A stretch of DNA of 64,000 nt from Octopus sinensis (GCF_006345805.1 NC_042999.1:21638001-21702000); one strand, 5' to 3'; positions 12,970 to 24,420 are shown, numbered from the stretch's first letter. A program made the numbers and translations. The notes: a model not told the origin generated them from the letters alone.

Positions 12970-13660
12970 TGTATGTATGTATGTATGTATTTATACTTAC
13001 AGATTTGTATGTTTTGTTTTATGTATATCTTGTCATGCACATACTTGCATATCTAGACATAATCATATATACTTAAATGATAAACTTCTGAAAAGTTTTG
13101 CAGATTTTTACACTTCTAGTGATTAATTGGATCTGAAGTCGTCGATTCAGCTGTCTACTCTCTGGTTTTGATAAGCCTAAATTTTCAATATTGCTCTATA
13201 AGCAGCGTATAAGATAGTACCCCGATAATTACAGGTAAGGTATAAATTACAGGTATGTATGTATCTATGCACGTACGCATCTATGTATGCATGCATATAT
13301 CTATGTATGTATGTATGTATGTATGCATGTATGTATGTATGTATGTATGTATGTATGTATGTATGTATGTATGTATGTATGTATGTATGTATGTATGTAT
13401 GTATGTATGTATGTATGTATGTATGTATGTATGTATGCACATATGTATGTATGTATGTATGTTTGTATGTATGTATGTTTGTATGTATGTATGCATGTAT
13501 GTATGCATGTATGTGTGCATGTATGTATGCGTGTATGTATGTATGTTTATATGTATGCATGTATGTATGCATGCATGTATGTATGTATGCGTGTATATAT
13601 GAATGAATGAATTATGTACGTATGTATGCATGCATTATGTGTGTAAAAGAACTAGCTGGT
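12421..13660. repeat. Composite (TATG)n blocks with a roughly 115-nt unique spacer (also 29520-29930, 32700-33010, 37410-37860)
   Basis: Spacer ...GAGATTTCTTGCTAATAAAAAA...CTAGACTCCTTCATTGGAATTT... recurs on the 3' side of TLR copies 1-3. Confidence 0.85.
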
Positions 13661-13743
13661 ATAGAGATAGTTAAAATGTAACATGTTTAATTTTTACAAA
13701 TTATATTATACAGTGAATTTAAAATTGAATAGTCAAATTAATT

Positions 13744-13812
<69 letters not shown>

Positions 13813-13996
13813 CTATTATCAGAGTATGAAATTTGTCAAAAAACAATCAGAGAGTAATTATACATAGAATATTCACTATAAAGACTCTTTTCTAGATTTG
13901 TATCACTGATACATATTTATGGATACATTAGCAACAGCTTTACTTCTCCTGTGTAATTGTTTGTCTGCTTTGAAACTAACGCTCTACCATTTAGCT

Positions 13997-16060
13997 CTAA
14001 ATCTCGTTATCGATATCATTTGCGTTCAGCCGTCCTATAAAACGTTCCCAAAACATTTCTTCATATTGTTCGTCGTTCGGCCATTCGAGGTACGTTTTCT
14101 GTTTCAGTAAAATTCCAAGCCTTTTAGTTTGTAAATTCGACGGAATTTCATTTAACAAAACAGGAATGATAATATCGTAGTGCTCTTCTAAGATCTTTTG
14201 CTGGGCAATACTTGCTTCAAACTGGCACCAGCTACTCTGAGCAAAATCATTTGACAACACTAGAACAACCTTACGGCTTTGTTGCATGCTGTCTACGATA
14301 TTATCAACAATATCGTTTCCAACCAAAAAGTCCCTGTCATGCAAACATAAATTGAAATGGTTTTCTTCTTCTATAATGGGTAAAAGTTTATTCAGAACCC
14401 AGTTGACGTCAGTGCTGCAATAACATATGAACGCATCGTACTTATATTGGCCATTATTAACGAGCGCTTTGTATTTTCTCTTTCTTACTAATGATTGGTA
14501 AATACAGAGGCGAATCGACCATCGTTTTGTATATGATAATATTGCTGTAAATACAAACATCACTGCCAGCACAGCTACAATCACTCCAGCAACGGCGATA
14601 GAAGATGGTTTGTTTATGTTTTCACAGTAATCCCAGCTTAGAGAAAAATTTCGCAAATGAACGTGACCAAGTGAGTTGGGACTGAAGCAACGGTAAATTT
14701 TGTAATTCTTCAATCGCCCTGCATTTTTCCGTGACCAGTCTCGAAACCAGAGTGTTTTGCAGTCACAAACGAACGGGTTGTTTGAGAGATCAATCTTCAG
14801 TTTCTCGTTGCTGAATAGTAACTGAGAAAATAATTTTGGATTAACATAGATAATTTTATTATGCTTTAACTCCAGTTTACGCAATACTCTCATAGCTGAG
14901 CAATTCGCTTTGTTCCATTTGCTAACAGTTGTATAACAAATGGAAAGTTTTGTAAGATTGTTCATATTACAAATCGAATCTGGAACACTTCTAACCTGCC
15001 CATCAGTAATCTTCAGATTTTCCAGTTTAGTCAGTGGCTTAAGTAAATCGTTGGCGTTTATGTTACTGACATTTCTCAGAATCAAATTTCTTAGCTGTGT
15101 GCACGACTTTAATAACGAAGAGGGTTTGCCTTCGTTAACATCAACATGAATGTTAATTAGCTCCACTGATTCCAATAATTTGAGTTTGAAGACGTTTCGC
15201 TCAAATCTTATGATACGGTGATTACGAGATACTAAACTTACTGCTCGTAGATGTTTCAATTTCTGGAAAACATCCGAGCTGATTAAATAGATATCACCAA
15301 CATAGATACCCAGTGTATGTAGACGGTCTAATCCTTTGAAAAAATTGCTGTTTAGGTAAGTAAGTCCTGATAAACCTAAGAAAAGCTTTTCAAGTTTTGG
15401 GTAAAATATAAATCCTGATTCATTTCTAAATGTTGGTAAAATTGAAATTTCGTTATGATACAAATCTAGATAAGTCAAATTAGGAAGATATCCCCAGTCG
15501 GTAACTCTGGTAATACCGTCTCTTTGAAGAACAAGTTGTTCTAATCGATCTATACCGGTGAAATAGCTGCCATCAAAACGTAACATTGTAGATTGCTCTA
15601 TGATAATTGTTGAAACGTTTGTTCCTCTGAGACCATCAAATATATCTTTAGTGAAATATTCCAAATTCATTTCAGTGAAAACTAAATTTTTTGTAGTCAG
15701 TGGTAAACCAAACAGCACATTTCGTAATTCTGGAAGGGGCAACTGAAGATTAATAATTTCGAATTCTTCTATATACTTCAAAGACTTAAATACATCATTA
15801 GTAGATGTCTTAAGCCGGGTGGATTTAATTAACAAATGTTCTAGTAAGGGCAGTTCTGTCAAATTTTGAAAGGTTTGGTTGTCCCAATTGTGAATTTTTA
15901 GATCTGTGAATGTTACAGATGTAGTGTAATTTGGTAAAATTGGAACAAAATGGCTCCCATAACATAAGTATCTATCTTTTCTTATAACGCGACATCCTTT
16001 CACTTCACTACATGAAACATGACATATCAGGAAGAGTACGCTTAGAGACAAAGAATTCAT
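13997..16060 (-). CDS. Toll-like receptor paralog 1 (single cysteine cluster type), 687 aa, single coding exon
   Basis: Hydrophobic N-terminus; about 15 LxxLxL repeats; LRRCT NNPFVCDC...YRC...YC; TM about aa 487-510; TIR from aa 541 with YDAFICY, LCLHDRDFLVG, SRKVVLVLS, WCQFE and FW motifs. Confidence 0.97.
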   Translation of the reverse strand: MNSLSLSVLFLICHVSCSEVKGCRVIRKDRYLCYGSHFVPILPNYTTSVTFTDLKIHNWDNQTFQNLTELPLLEHLLIKSTRLKTSTNDVFKSLKYIEEFEIINLQLPLPELRNVLFGLPLTTKNLVFTEMNLEYFTKDIFDGLRGTNVSTIIIEQSTMLRFDGSYFTGIDRLEQLVLQRDGITRVTDWGYLPNLTYLDLYHNEISILPTFRNESGFIFYPKLEKLFLGLSGLTYLNSNFFKGLDRLHTLGIYVGDIYLISSDVFQKLKHLRAVSLVSRNHRIIRFERNVFKLKLLESVELINIHVDVNEGKPSSLLKSCTQLRNLILRNVSNINANDLLKPLTKLENLKITDGQVRSVPDSICNMNNLTKLSICYTTVSKWNKANCSAMRVLRKLELKHNKIIYVNPKLFSQLLFSNEKLKIDLSNNPFVCDCKTLWFRDWSRKNAGRLKNYKIYRCFSPNSLGHVHLRNFSLSWDYCENINKPSSIAVAGVIVAVLAVMFVFTAILSYTKRWSIRLCIYQSLVRKRKYKALVNNGQYKYDAFICYCSTDVNWVLNKLLPIIEEENHFNLCLHDRDFLVGNDIVDNIVDSMQQSRKVVLVLSNDFAQSSWCQFEASIAQQKILEEHYDIIIPVLLNEIPSNLQTKRLGILLKQKTYLEWPNDEQYEEMFWERFIGRLNANDIDNEI

Positions 16061-16634
16061 TGTGCAGAAATTTAGTTACGAATTTGGATGGGTTGATCTA
16101 CAAAGCTTCATTCTATTCAGGTCGTCAACATTTCATCCATATCTGAAATAGTTCAAACGAGACACTACACTTAATATTACAAATAAAAGAATTTATATTA
16201 CAAAACACTAAAACTAAATCACATTCGGACAATGTAGCATGAAATAAACATATTTTAGTGAATCCTATAAGGGACAATATTTAGTATATAATATGTTAAA
16301 TTTTAAATTCAGCAATATGCTTCTTGCTCTAGATCTAGAGGGGAAGAAATTATTATCGATTATTCCAAATCTATTGATAATAAACACCACTAATAAGGAC
16401 ACAATGCTAATTTTACGGGAGAGTAAAGACAAGTACATCGACCCTCACCTATATATTTCTCGTATTTATTTTTCTGACAAAGACTCTTAAAGTTGCCCTT
16501 GAGAAGCCATACACCCTTAAACGCAACTCGTATATACCTTAAAACATATCATTCATACTCTGAGGCTCAGCTTCATCAGCCATGCATCCCTCTCAACTGA
16601 AAAGCAAATGTAAGATCGTAGTCTTATATATATA

Positions 16635-16669
<35 letters not shown>

Positions 16670-16681
16670 AGACTACGATCT

Positions 16682-16728
<47 letters not shown>

Positions 16729-16789
16729 TATACGTTTAAATATTTGTTGTGCAAGATTTTTTATGTGAAGTCGTGTGTTGAAACAGATA

Positions 16790-18047
16790 TTGTTGTATTT
16801 AGGAATGGTCATTTTGCCAGTTTAGCCAATAAATAGGGAAGGCCAACTCTTGGTATGATAGCCATAAATACCATAGTGTCATGTTCGTTGACACCACCCC
16901 TGGAGGTGAACTGGCGTATCGCTTTAGAAGGACCCTAGACAAACTTAAGCTAAGAATTAAGGTTGTTGAAAAGCCAGGCAACCCTATCAAGTCTATAATT
17001 GGTAGAACCTATCCTTTTAGTAGAACCCCCTGTACGGATAAGTACTGTACTGTATGTATATTTAGCCCACAAATAAACTGTAAAGCCAGAAATGTAGTCT
17101 ATAGTATAAGATGTATAGAGGGACGATGCAGTAACAAGACAACGACATATGTAGGGGAAACGGCAAGAAGCATAGGAGGGCGGGTAAATGTGCATTGGAG
17201 ACAACTCAAGGAAGGTAAAAGCTCATCGATTCCGTACAAACACGCCGAACAAGAACACGGGGGATCAACCAATAACATAGAAATTAAAATATTATCCACA
17301 CATAGATCAGCTGCAACAATTAGACAAATTACAGAAGCTACACACATAATAGAAAATAAACCTAGCCTGAATAGAAAACTAGAATGGAGCACTAACACAC
17401 ACCACAACATATGACGATAGAGGATCCTGAAAACATAATAAATACACAGATAAATAAATAAACTAATAGAAATAAATAACTATATATATATATATATGTA
17501 TATGTATATATATATATATGTATATATATAATTTTTTTTCTTTTTTTTCGATTCAATTTATTATTATTATTACTAGTATTGTTGTTATACATACATACAT
17601 ACATACATACATACAAGCATATGTAATGACAATAATGGGTGGATGTAAACACATGAACAAAATAACAATAAACAAAAACAACAAAAACAAAAAACAAAAT
17701 ACAAAATACAAATTACATGAACATATATAAACAGAAGATATAAATATTACAGGCATCCCCCACATACACACACTAAATGAACATAAACGTACATAGAGAT
17801 ATTAGCATGCGCAAATGAAGACATACAATAGAAATACAAAATGGCTGATGGTTAGTAAGGAGAGACACAAATAAGTAAGAAGAAAACAAAGGACCACTTA
17901 TGCGGTCACAGGAGTGTGACGAAAGAACTCTGGCCGAAATAAGATTAAGATTAATGTAAAAAATGAATAACACTGAAGCAAAGTAACACCAAATATATAG
18001 TGCGTGTGTTTTTATTGGCTAAACTGGCAAAATGACCATTCCTAAAT

Positions 18048-18054
<7 letters not shown>
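16790..18054 (+). mobile_element. Penelope-like element 3' part with GIY-YIG endonuclease ORF (16881-17414)
   Basis: Cys-rich linker, then NVVYSIRC...YVGETARS...R...EATHI...PSLN; perfect 44-bp inverted repeats at 16790-16833 and 18011-18054; absent from the paralog 3 unit. Confidence 0.85.
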
Positions 18055-18097
<43 letters not shown>

Positions 18098-19437
18098 TAT
18101 TTTATAGAAGGAGCTTCTACAGGACTAGAACTGTTTCATTCAAAAGAAATCATCAGGAAGCACCTTATTGAGTACCTTATTTACTGTGGTTAACCCCGAC
18201 TCAACCCGGGACCTACATATATATATATATATATATATGTATGAGTGTGTGCAGAGTGGAGGTGAGTGCGCGTGTGTTTAGAGTTATCAGTCACGTTAGA
18301 AGACAGCATATCCCCTAAATGAGAGTAATTCTTGAAACTAAGATAGCATTTCATTCTTTATGATATTTATTTTATAATTTATTTCTAGTCTGGCTTCACA
18401 GAAGTCTTTCACTCAATAGCTATACAGAGCAATTTAAGAGAGAGTTCTCCCTCGACGACGATGGAATATGAAAATATACAGTAAAAACAGCAGCTAGTGA
18501 GGGGCGGATGTGCACAGAGGGACTAAAGCATATGGGGCTAGTCCCGTTTGAAATACTGAGGAAATAACACGAAGATGTAAATGACCAACAGCTGTAGACA
18601 CTTCCGTCTCACAATGTCTCAACAATGCTTGACAGTTGGTAATTTTGCGTAATGGACAAGGTTGAAGTGACTAAAGCCCTGGTGATATTTTAATCATTTT
18701 GTTTAATAAGAGTAATGATAAAGAACATAAAGAAATACGAAGACGAGTTAAATTTGACTGCCACATATATTCCGCTGCTGAAAGGAAACACGGTAAACAT
18801 GAATATTACCGTTAACGAAAACACATAAGCCCTAGTGCAGCTGGAAGATGGAGATGTTCGCGGGAAGGACGCAAATCAAGACGAGAAGGATCTCACTTCA
18901 CATTTCTATCCTCACTGAGGCCGCATAGCAGAATGAAACTGCTCTCACGTCAAAGATCCAAACTCCATCATGACGACTCTCCACTCTGAGGAATTAGCGG
19001 GAAAAACGTATATAATATTATATATAATATATATATATTATATATATATATATAAATATAATATTATATATAGATATAGAATAAAAATTATCTATATATA
19101 TATATATATATATATATAAATATATATAATATTATATATATATCATATATATAAAATATATATATAGAAATATATATATATATATAATAAAGATATATAT
19201 ATTATATATATATATATATATATTTATATAATATATATATATATATAAATATTATATAATATATATATATATTATATATATATATATATAAATATATAAT
19301 ACTATATATATATATAAAGATATATATATTATAAATATATAATATATATATATATATATAGGTATATATATAAAATATATAATATATATAATATATATAT
19401 ATATATATTATATATATATATAAATATATATCTATAT

Positions 19438-19740
19438 AGGCGCAATGGCCCAGTGGTTAGGGCAGCGGACACGCCGTCGTAGGATCGCAGTTCCGATTCC
19501 CACACCGGGCGTTGTGATTGTTTATTGAGCGAAAACACCTAAATAGCTCCACGAGGCTCCGGCAGGGGTTGGTGATCCCTGCTGTACTCTTTCACCACAC
19601 TTTCTTTCACTCTTTCTTCTGTTGGCCTGCTCGCTTAACTAGCGGGGTGGCGTCATTCGAAGGCTAAAACAATGCGAACGCATTGTGACCAGCGATGTGT
19701 AATAACATCTGATGATCTGGTCGGTCACTAGTTCACGTGA
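19438..19740 (+). mobile_element. SINE family C, specific to unit 1
   Basis: GGCGCAATGGCCCAGTGGTTAGGGCAGCGG head; inserted in a (TA)n tract that lacks it in unit 3 (about 41610-41655). Confidence 0.8.
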
Positions 19741-19780
19741 TATATATATATATAGGATTATTAAAATTATAATTTCGAGT

Positions 19781-20148
19781 ATCTAAGAGATAACACTACG
19801 CTGGAAATAGCAGCCAAAACTTCACTCTAAAACCACACCAAACGCCTACACAACACCAGGAGAGAAGACAGAAAGACAAAACAAACGAGTAAAAAATTAC
19901 TGGATAAATCTAGATCCCGAACATCTGACTTCGCATAAGAAACGCCCCGCCTCATCAGGGGAATATACACAAATAGCACATAATAGCATATATTCCACTG
20001 ATGTGACTGGGCGTTTCTAATAATGAGGTCCGGGATCTGGAATTATACAGTAATTTTTTGTCTTCTCTCCTGGTACTGTGTGAGCGTTTGGTGTGATTTT
20101 AGAGTCAGGTTTTGGCTGCTATTTCCAGCGTGGTGGTAACACTTAGAT
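19781..20148. repeat. About 370-bp palindromic (fold-back) element
   Basis: Left arm ACGCTGGAAATAGCAGCCAAAAC... pairs with ...GTTTTGGCTGCTATTTCCAGCGT; paralog at 41683-42030. Confidence 0.8.
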
Positions 20149-20377
20149 AGTTAGCAACTTCCTTGTCTTTCTCTCTAAGCTTTTCGTTCGCCTATTTTCC
20201 ATGCGAGTACTTCTGCTCTATATGAAAGAGTGAAGCCGCCCAAGTATTGATAGCTTCGGTCTTATTCCGTCCATTTAATTTCGACTCTAGGATCAGTCTC
20301 AGTCTGCGAATATTCTCCACCTAAACTTTTTCTATCATTTCTCTCTCCATCAATTTATCTATTTCCAAAATCATCGC

Positions 20378-20509
20378 CAGAACTTATTCTTTGCCGAACT
20401 GCTAAGTTACGGGGACGTAAAAACACCAGCAACGGTTGTCAAACCATGTGGGGGAAAGACAAAGACACAAGCACCACACACACACCCACACACCATACAT
20501 TTATATATA

Positions 20510-20541
<32 letters not shown>

Positions 20542-20552
20542 GTATATATATG

Positions 20553-20610
<58 letters not shown>

Positions 20611-20775
20611 CTACGAGGGAATTCTTTCAGTTTCCCTCTACCAAATCCACTCACAAGGCTTTGGTCGGCCCGAAGCTATAGTAGGAGACGCTTGCCCAAG
20701 ATGCCTTAGCAGCGGGACTGAACCCGGATCCGTTTGGTTGGTAAGCAAGCTACTTACGACACAGTCACTCCTACT
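20378..20775 (-). mobile_element. SINE family B, partial (paralog 42260-42585)
   Basis: Shared by duplicated units 1 and 3. Confidence 0.8.
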
Positions 20776-22858
20776 CCATTCCTTTGTTATAATTATCTAT
20801 ATAATAGTAAAACATTTTTAATATACATACATACATATATGTGTGTGTGTGTGCGTACGTGTGTGTATGTGTACGTTTGTGCGTGTGAGTATGTGTATTT
20901 ATACATACGCGTTTGAATACTGATGACAATAGATATATGTACCAGTAGATGTGTGGGTGTGTATATATATCTATATATATAAAACTGAGAATGTGTGTAT
21001 GTTTGACTGTCTGTCTCTCTGTGTGTTTCCCTAAACTTGAGAACTAAACAACCAAAAACATTGAAATTTTACACATGCCTTACTTAGGGTCCATGTAGTT
21101 TCATGGCAAAAAATTTTCAACTTCTTGACTAGGGCGAGTCCATATCAATATCATATCTTCTCCACTATTTCAGTATTATGTGTTGAAAGTGAAACAAAAA
21201 CATTTCTCTATTTTATGTCAGATACTTTCACTTTAATACTACAAATTAGAGATAATAATAACAATTGAATTATATGTAGTAAGTAATATTTAAAATCAAA
21301 CTAAAGTATAATATAATCGTAACATGACAAAAGTAAAAATAGCAATTGCTATAAAATTGCATCACTGACTTGAACTTGAATACGTGGTTTCACATGAATG
21401 GGAATAAATTAAAAATAAAATTAGCATGCAGAAATGGAATAGTCCAGATGGACTATTATACATAAATAACTATAGCTTCAACTGCGTACTGCTTTTTGTT
21501 GTCATTATTATTACTGTTTGACTATTGTTATCACGTTTGTTGGTTCCGCGTAAGGGAAACGTTGTTGTGTTGCATTTGTTAGATAATTGTAAACTGTAAC
21601 CCTCCACATTTGGGAGAAGGTGCTTTGGTTATTGTTGAAAAATTGAATTGTGTCCGTGTTTGGGGAAATTGATAATATTTTCCCCGTTTACACGGAAGCA
21701 TTTTTGTTAGAATGCCTTCGATAGAAGAAAGTCCAAAAATGAATTTCGCTTCAGCCGTTGGCGGACTCAAAGACATTAAAATTAAAATGGAAGAAATACA
21801 AATCTATTTCGGATTGATCACCGACAAAGACGTTGAATCTAGAATAACACCACCAAACGAAATAAAAAATTAAATTAAAGAAAAGACTATTGTCTATAGT
21901 AGTATACAATGTAGAGAAGAAAAAAAGGTTTGAACACCTAGAGGAAAGCACCATCGAAAAGTATCTTGGTGCGACTATAAAAGATATCTAACCAGAGGCG
22001 GTTAATTCGCCACAATAGAAGCAAGGTTCGAGTCAACGTAGCGTGCAAGGGAGTACTCAACTCGAAACTTGCAAAAGGGAAATATTTTATTTTCACCTTT
22101 ATATCTGGGACGTAGGAAGCTCCGGATAAAAATTTAAAATGCCCCTCCCACACACATACTTAAAATCAATAGTAAATATTATGTAAACCCTTAACCTGTG
22201 TGCTGCAGAAATCTCGTTTCCAAGATTTTGAATATTTGGTTTCATTGAGTTTGTCGGAGTTATACAATTTATACTTAAGGAAATTCCTAAATAACACATT
22301 CTTTATTCGGGCATTGTCTGTAGTATTAGATTGTGAGTTAGTTATTAGACTATATAGAAGATATTGGCAATTTTAGTTTTGAGTTTTGTATCAGGGATAT
22401 AAAATAGAGCTTGGTGGTTATATGAAGCATGAGTGTTAAATATCTTCTTATTGGCATATAAGATTGAAATTCTAATAGAAATGGCCGTTACCATGCTATC
22501 GAGGGATAATCAAGGACGATTAGAGAGAATATGTAAGAACTGAAGAGTTTGGTTCGGTTTCCTATATGGATAGTGAAGATTAATATTAAGATTAAGTATG
22601 ATATCCATTTATTATCCATTTATTATCCTTTTCAAATACAATATTTAAATTATAATTTTTAAAGAATTTTATCAAAAATAATAATAATAACACCATCGAA
22701 AAATACGTAGGAATGAGAACCCACAAGACACCTGGAGAACGCCGAAGCGTATATCAGCCGACAGTTGTGTAAACAAGAAACAAGATATCCGTCGAATGTA
22801 AATAATGTAAATAAATACATAAATCCTCATCTCTTAAATATAGAAAAGTTTCACTTAC

Positions 22859-23150
22859 CGAAAAAATATATATGGAACCATTATCAACCAGTAACTGTAT
22901 AATACAAAACAATTGTGATACTGTTGCCAGTTTATTGTTGTATAACACTCGGTGACTGAGTGGTAATATTTTTCTCGATATAGGAAGTAAAATATCAACA
23001 AGGACCTTTATCAATTAGTATTAATTATTACATAATAAGAAGTTAAAAATTAAAAGCATTTGTACCATCCCACTAATTAAATGTGCAAGTAATTACTAAT
23101 ATGAGAGAGGTTTTATTTAGTCTGAAATCCTCCACAATTTGACCTGCATT
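22859..23150 (-). promoter_or_regulatory. Predicted non-coding exon 1 / promoter block of TLR paralog 1
   Basis: About 300 bp conserved with 45865-46158 and 55533-55830; ends in minus-strand CG|GTAAGTG donor (GT at 22858-22857); contains AGGAAGT, TTATCA and TGACCT motifs. Confidence 0.6.
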
Positions 23151-23324
23151 GCAGCTTTTAGTGTAATTGCCTTCAACTGCATAAGAGTAATAGCCCAATC
23201 AAATACCAAAAACCGATTACATATTGGGTGAAGGAAGTTGTATGTAAAAACATGGAAAATATAATAGCATCTGCTCATTATTAAGGGGTCGGCTTTGCAT
23301 TCGTTCCTTGCGTGATCGATAAAA

Positions 23325-24420
23325 TAAGAATCGTGTGAGTATTGGTGTCTACGTTATGAGTTCAAATTCCGCTTAGGTCGACTTTGCCTTTCATCCTTTC
23401 GGGCTCGATTAAATAAGTACCAGTTACACACTGGTTTGTCTGTCCTTCTTTGTCCCCTCTGTATTTAGGCCCTTGTGGGTAGTAAGGAAATAGGTATTTC
23501 GTCTACTGTTACGTTCTGAGTCCAAATTCCGCCGAAGTCGACTTTGCCTTTCATCCTTTCGGGGTCGATTAAATAAGTACCAGTTACGCACTGGGATCGA
23601 TGTAATCGACTTAATGCGTTTCTCTGTCCTTGTTTGTCCCCTCTGTGTTTAGCCCCTTATGGGTAGTAATAAAATTGGTGTCTATGTAATCGCTGTACAC
23701 TTTGCTCTGAAATTTCAGGCCTTATACAAATATTTGTAACAAATATTAGTATTACCTTCATCAACATCGTCAAACGTTATTTCTTTCCAGGTTCTATAAT
23801 TAGGCAAACATCGACTTATAACCGTTTCATACGTACTTGAGTTTAAAGGGCGGCAAGCTGACAGGATCGTTAGCACGCTTAGTGGTATTTCTGAATTCAA
23901 ATTCCACCGAGGTCGATTTGCCTTTCATCCTTTCGGGGTCGATAAATTAAGTACCAGTAACGCATTGGGTTCGATGTAATCGACTTAATCCCTTTCTCTG
24001 TCCTTGTTTGTTCCCTCTATGCCTAGCCCCTTGTGGTCAATGAAGAAATAAGAAACGTTAAGAACGCTGGGGGAAATGCTTAGCGGTATTTCACTGTCTT
24101 TACGTCCTGAGTTTAAATTCCACCGAGATCGATTTTGCCTTTCATCCTTTCGGGGTCGATAAATTAAGTACCAGTTAAGCACGGGAGTCGATGTAATCGA
24201 CTTAATCCCTTTGTCCTTGTTTAGCCCCTTGTGGGCAATAAAGAAATAAGAATTATTTGCACACCTGGTAAAATGCTTAACGGCATTTCGTCTTCATGTT
24301 CTGAGTTCAAATTCCCGCGAGATCGAAATTGCCTTTCATTTTTACAGAATCGATAAAGTATATACCAGTTGAATAGTGGGATCTATGTGATTGACATACC
24401 CACTCCTCCGAAACTGCTGG
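23325..24420 (+). mobile_element. Head-to-tail array of SINE family A units
   Basis: Several 170-190 bp repeats of the family A body. Confidence 0.8.

Larger units (their letters stand above)
16143..22858 (-). other. Predicted 5'-UTR intron of TLR paralog 1 (6716 nt)
   Basis: Donor GTAAGT at 22858; acceptor TATTTCAG ending at 16143, 82 nt upstream of the ATG. Confidence 0.5.
13600..23150. repeat. Segmental duplication unit 1, paralogous to about 37790-46158
   Basis: Colinear non-coding blocks 18240-18990~40845-41610, 19750-22140~41655-43890, 22150-23150~45140-46158. Confidence 0.9.

Noticed and set aside
12425-13631. Many ORFs rich in YVCM / HTYI / IYIY repeats (also 29356-29914, 32725-33225, 37382-37868 and others)
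   Set aside because: Translations of (TATG)n, (TA)n and (TG)n microsatellites; no coding signal.
12421-13660. CRISPR-like look of repeat/spacer modules and SINE arrays
   Set aside because: Eukaryotic context, no cas genes; the 'spacers' are identical to each other and the repeats are microsatellites.
13919-14110. Short + strand ORFs repeated at each TLR (MDTLAT..., MESFVR...)
   Set aside because: Antisense shadows of the TLR CDS, conserved only because the TLR is.
16293-16490. MLNFKFSN... ORF repeated upstream of TLRs 1-3
   Set aside because: Antisense frame in duplicated intron sequence; absent in copy 4; no domain.
16300-16520. NF-kB sites near the TLR start codons
   Set aside because: No good GGGRNNYYCC match found by eye, and this region is predicted to be intron.
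17905-17945. Hammerhead in the pLTR of the GIY-YIG element (GTGACGAAAG...GGCCGAAA)
   Set aside because: Core and stems too degenerate to support.
19438-19510. tRNA genes at SINE heads (families A-D)
   Set aside because: tRNA-like A/B boxes continue into SINE bodies; no complete cloverleaf with terminator supported.
19930-20010. CTGATGA and GAAAC words in the palindromic element as a hammerhead
   Set aside because: GAAAC pairs with GTTTC in the fold-back, and no stem II/III or NUH arrangement can be built.
21579-21776. Possible Helitron PIF1 helicase remnant
   Set aside because: Only vague similarity; diagnostic helicase motifs are not present.
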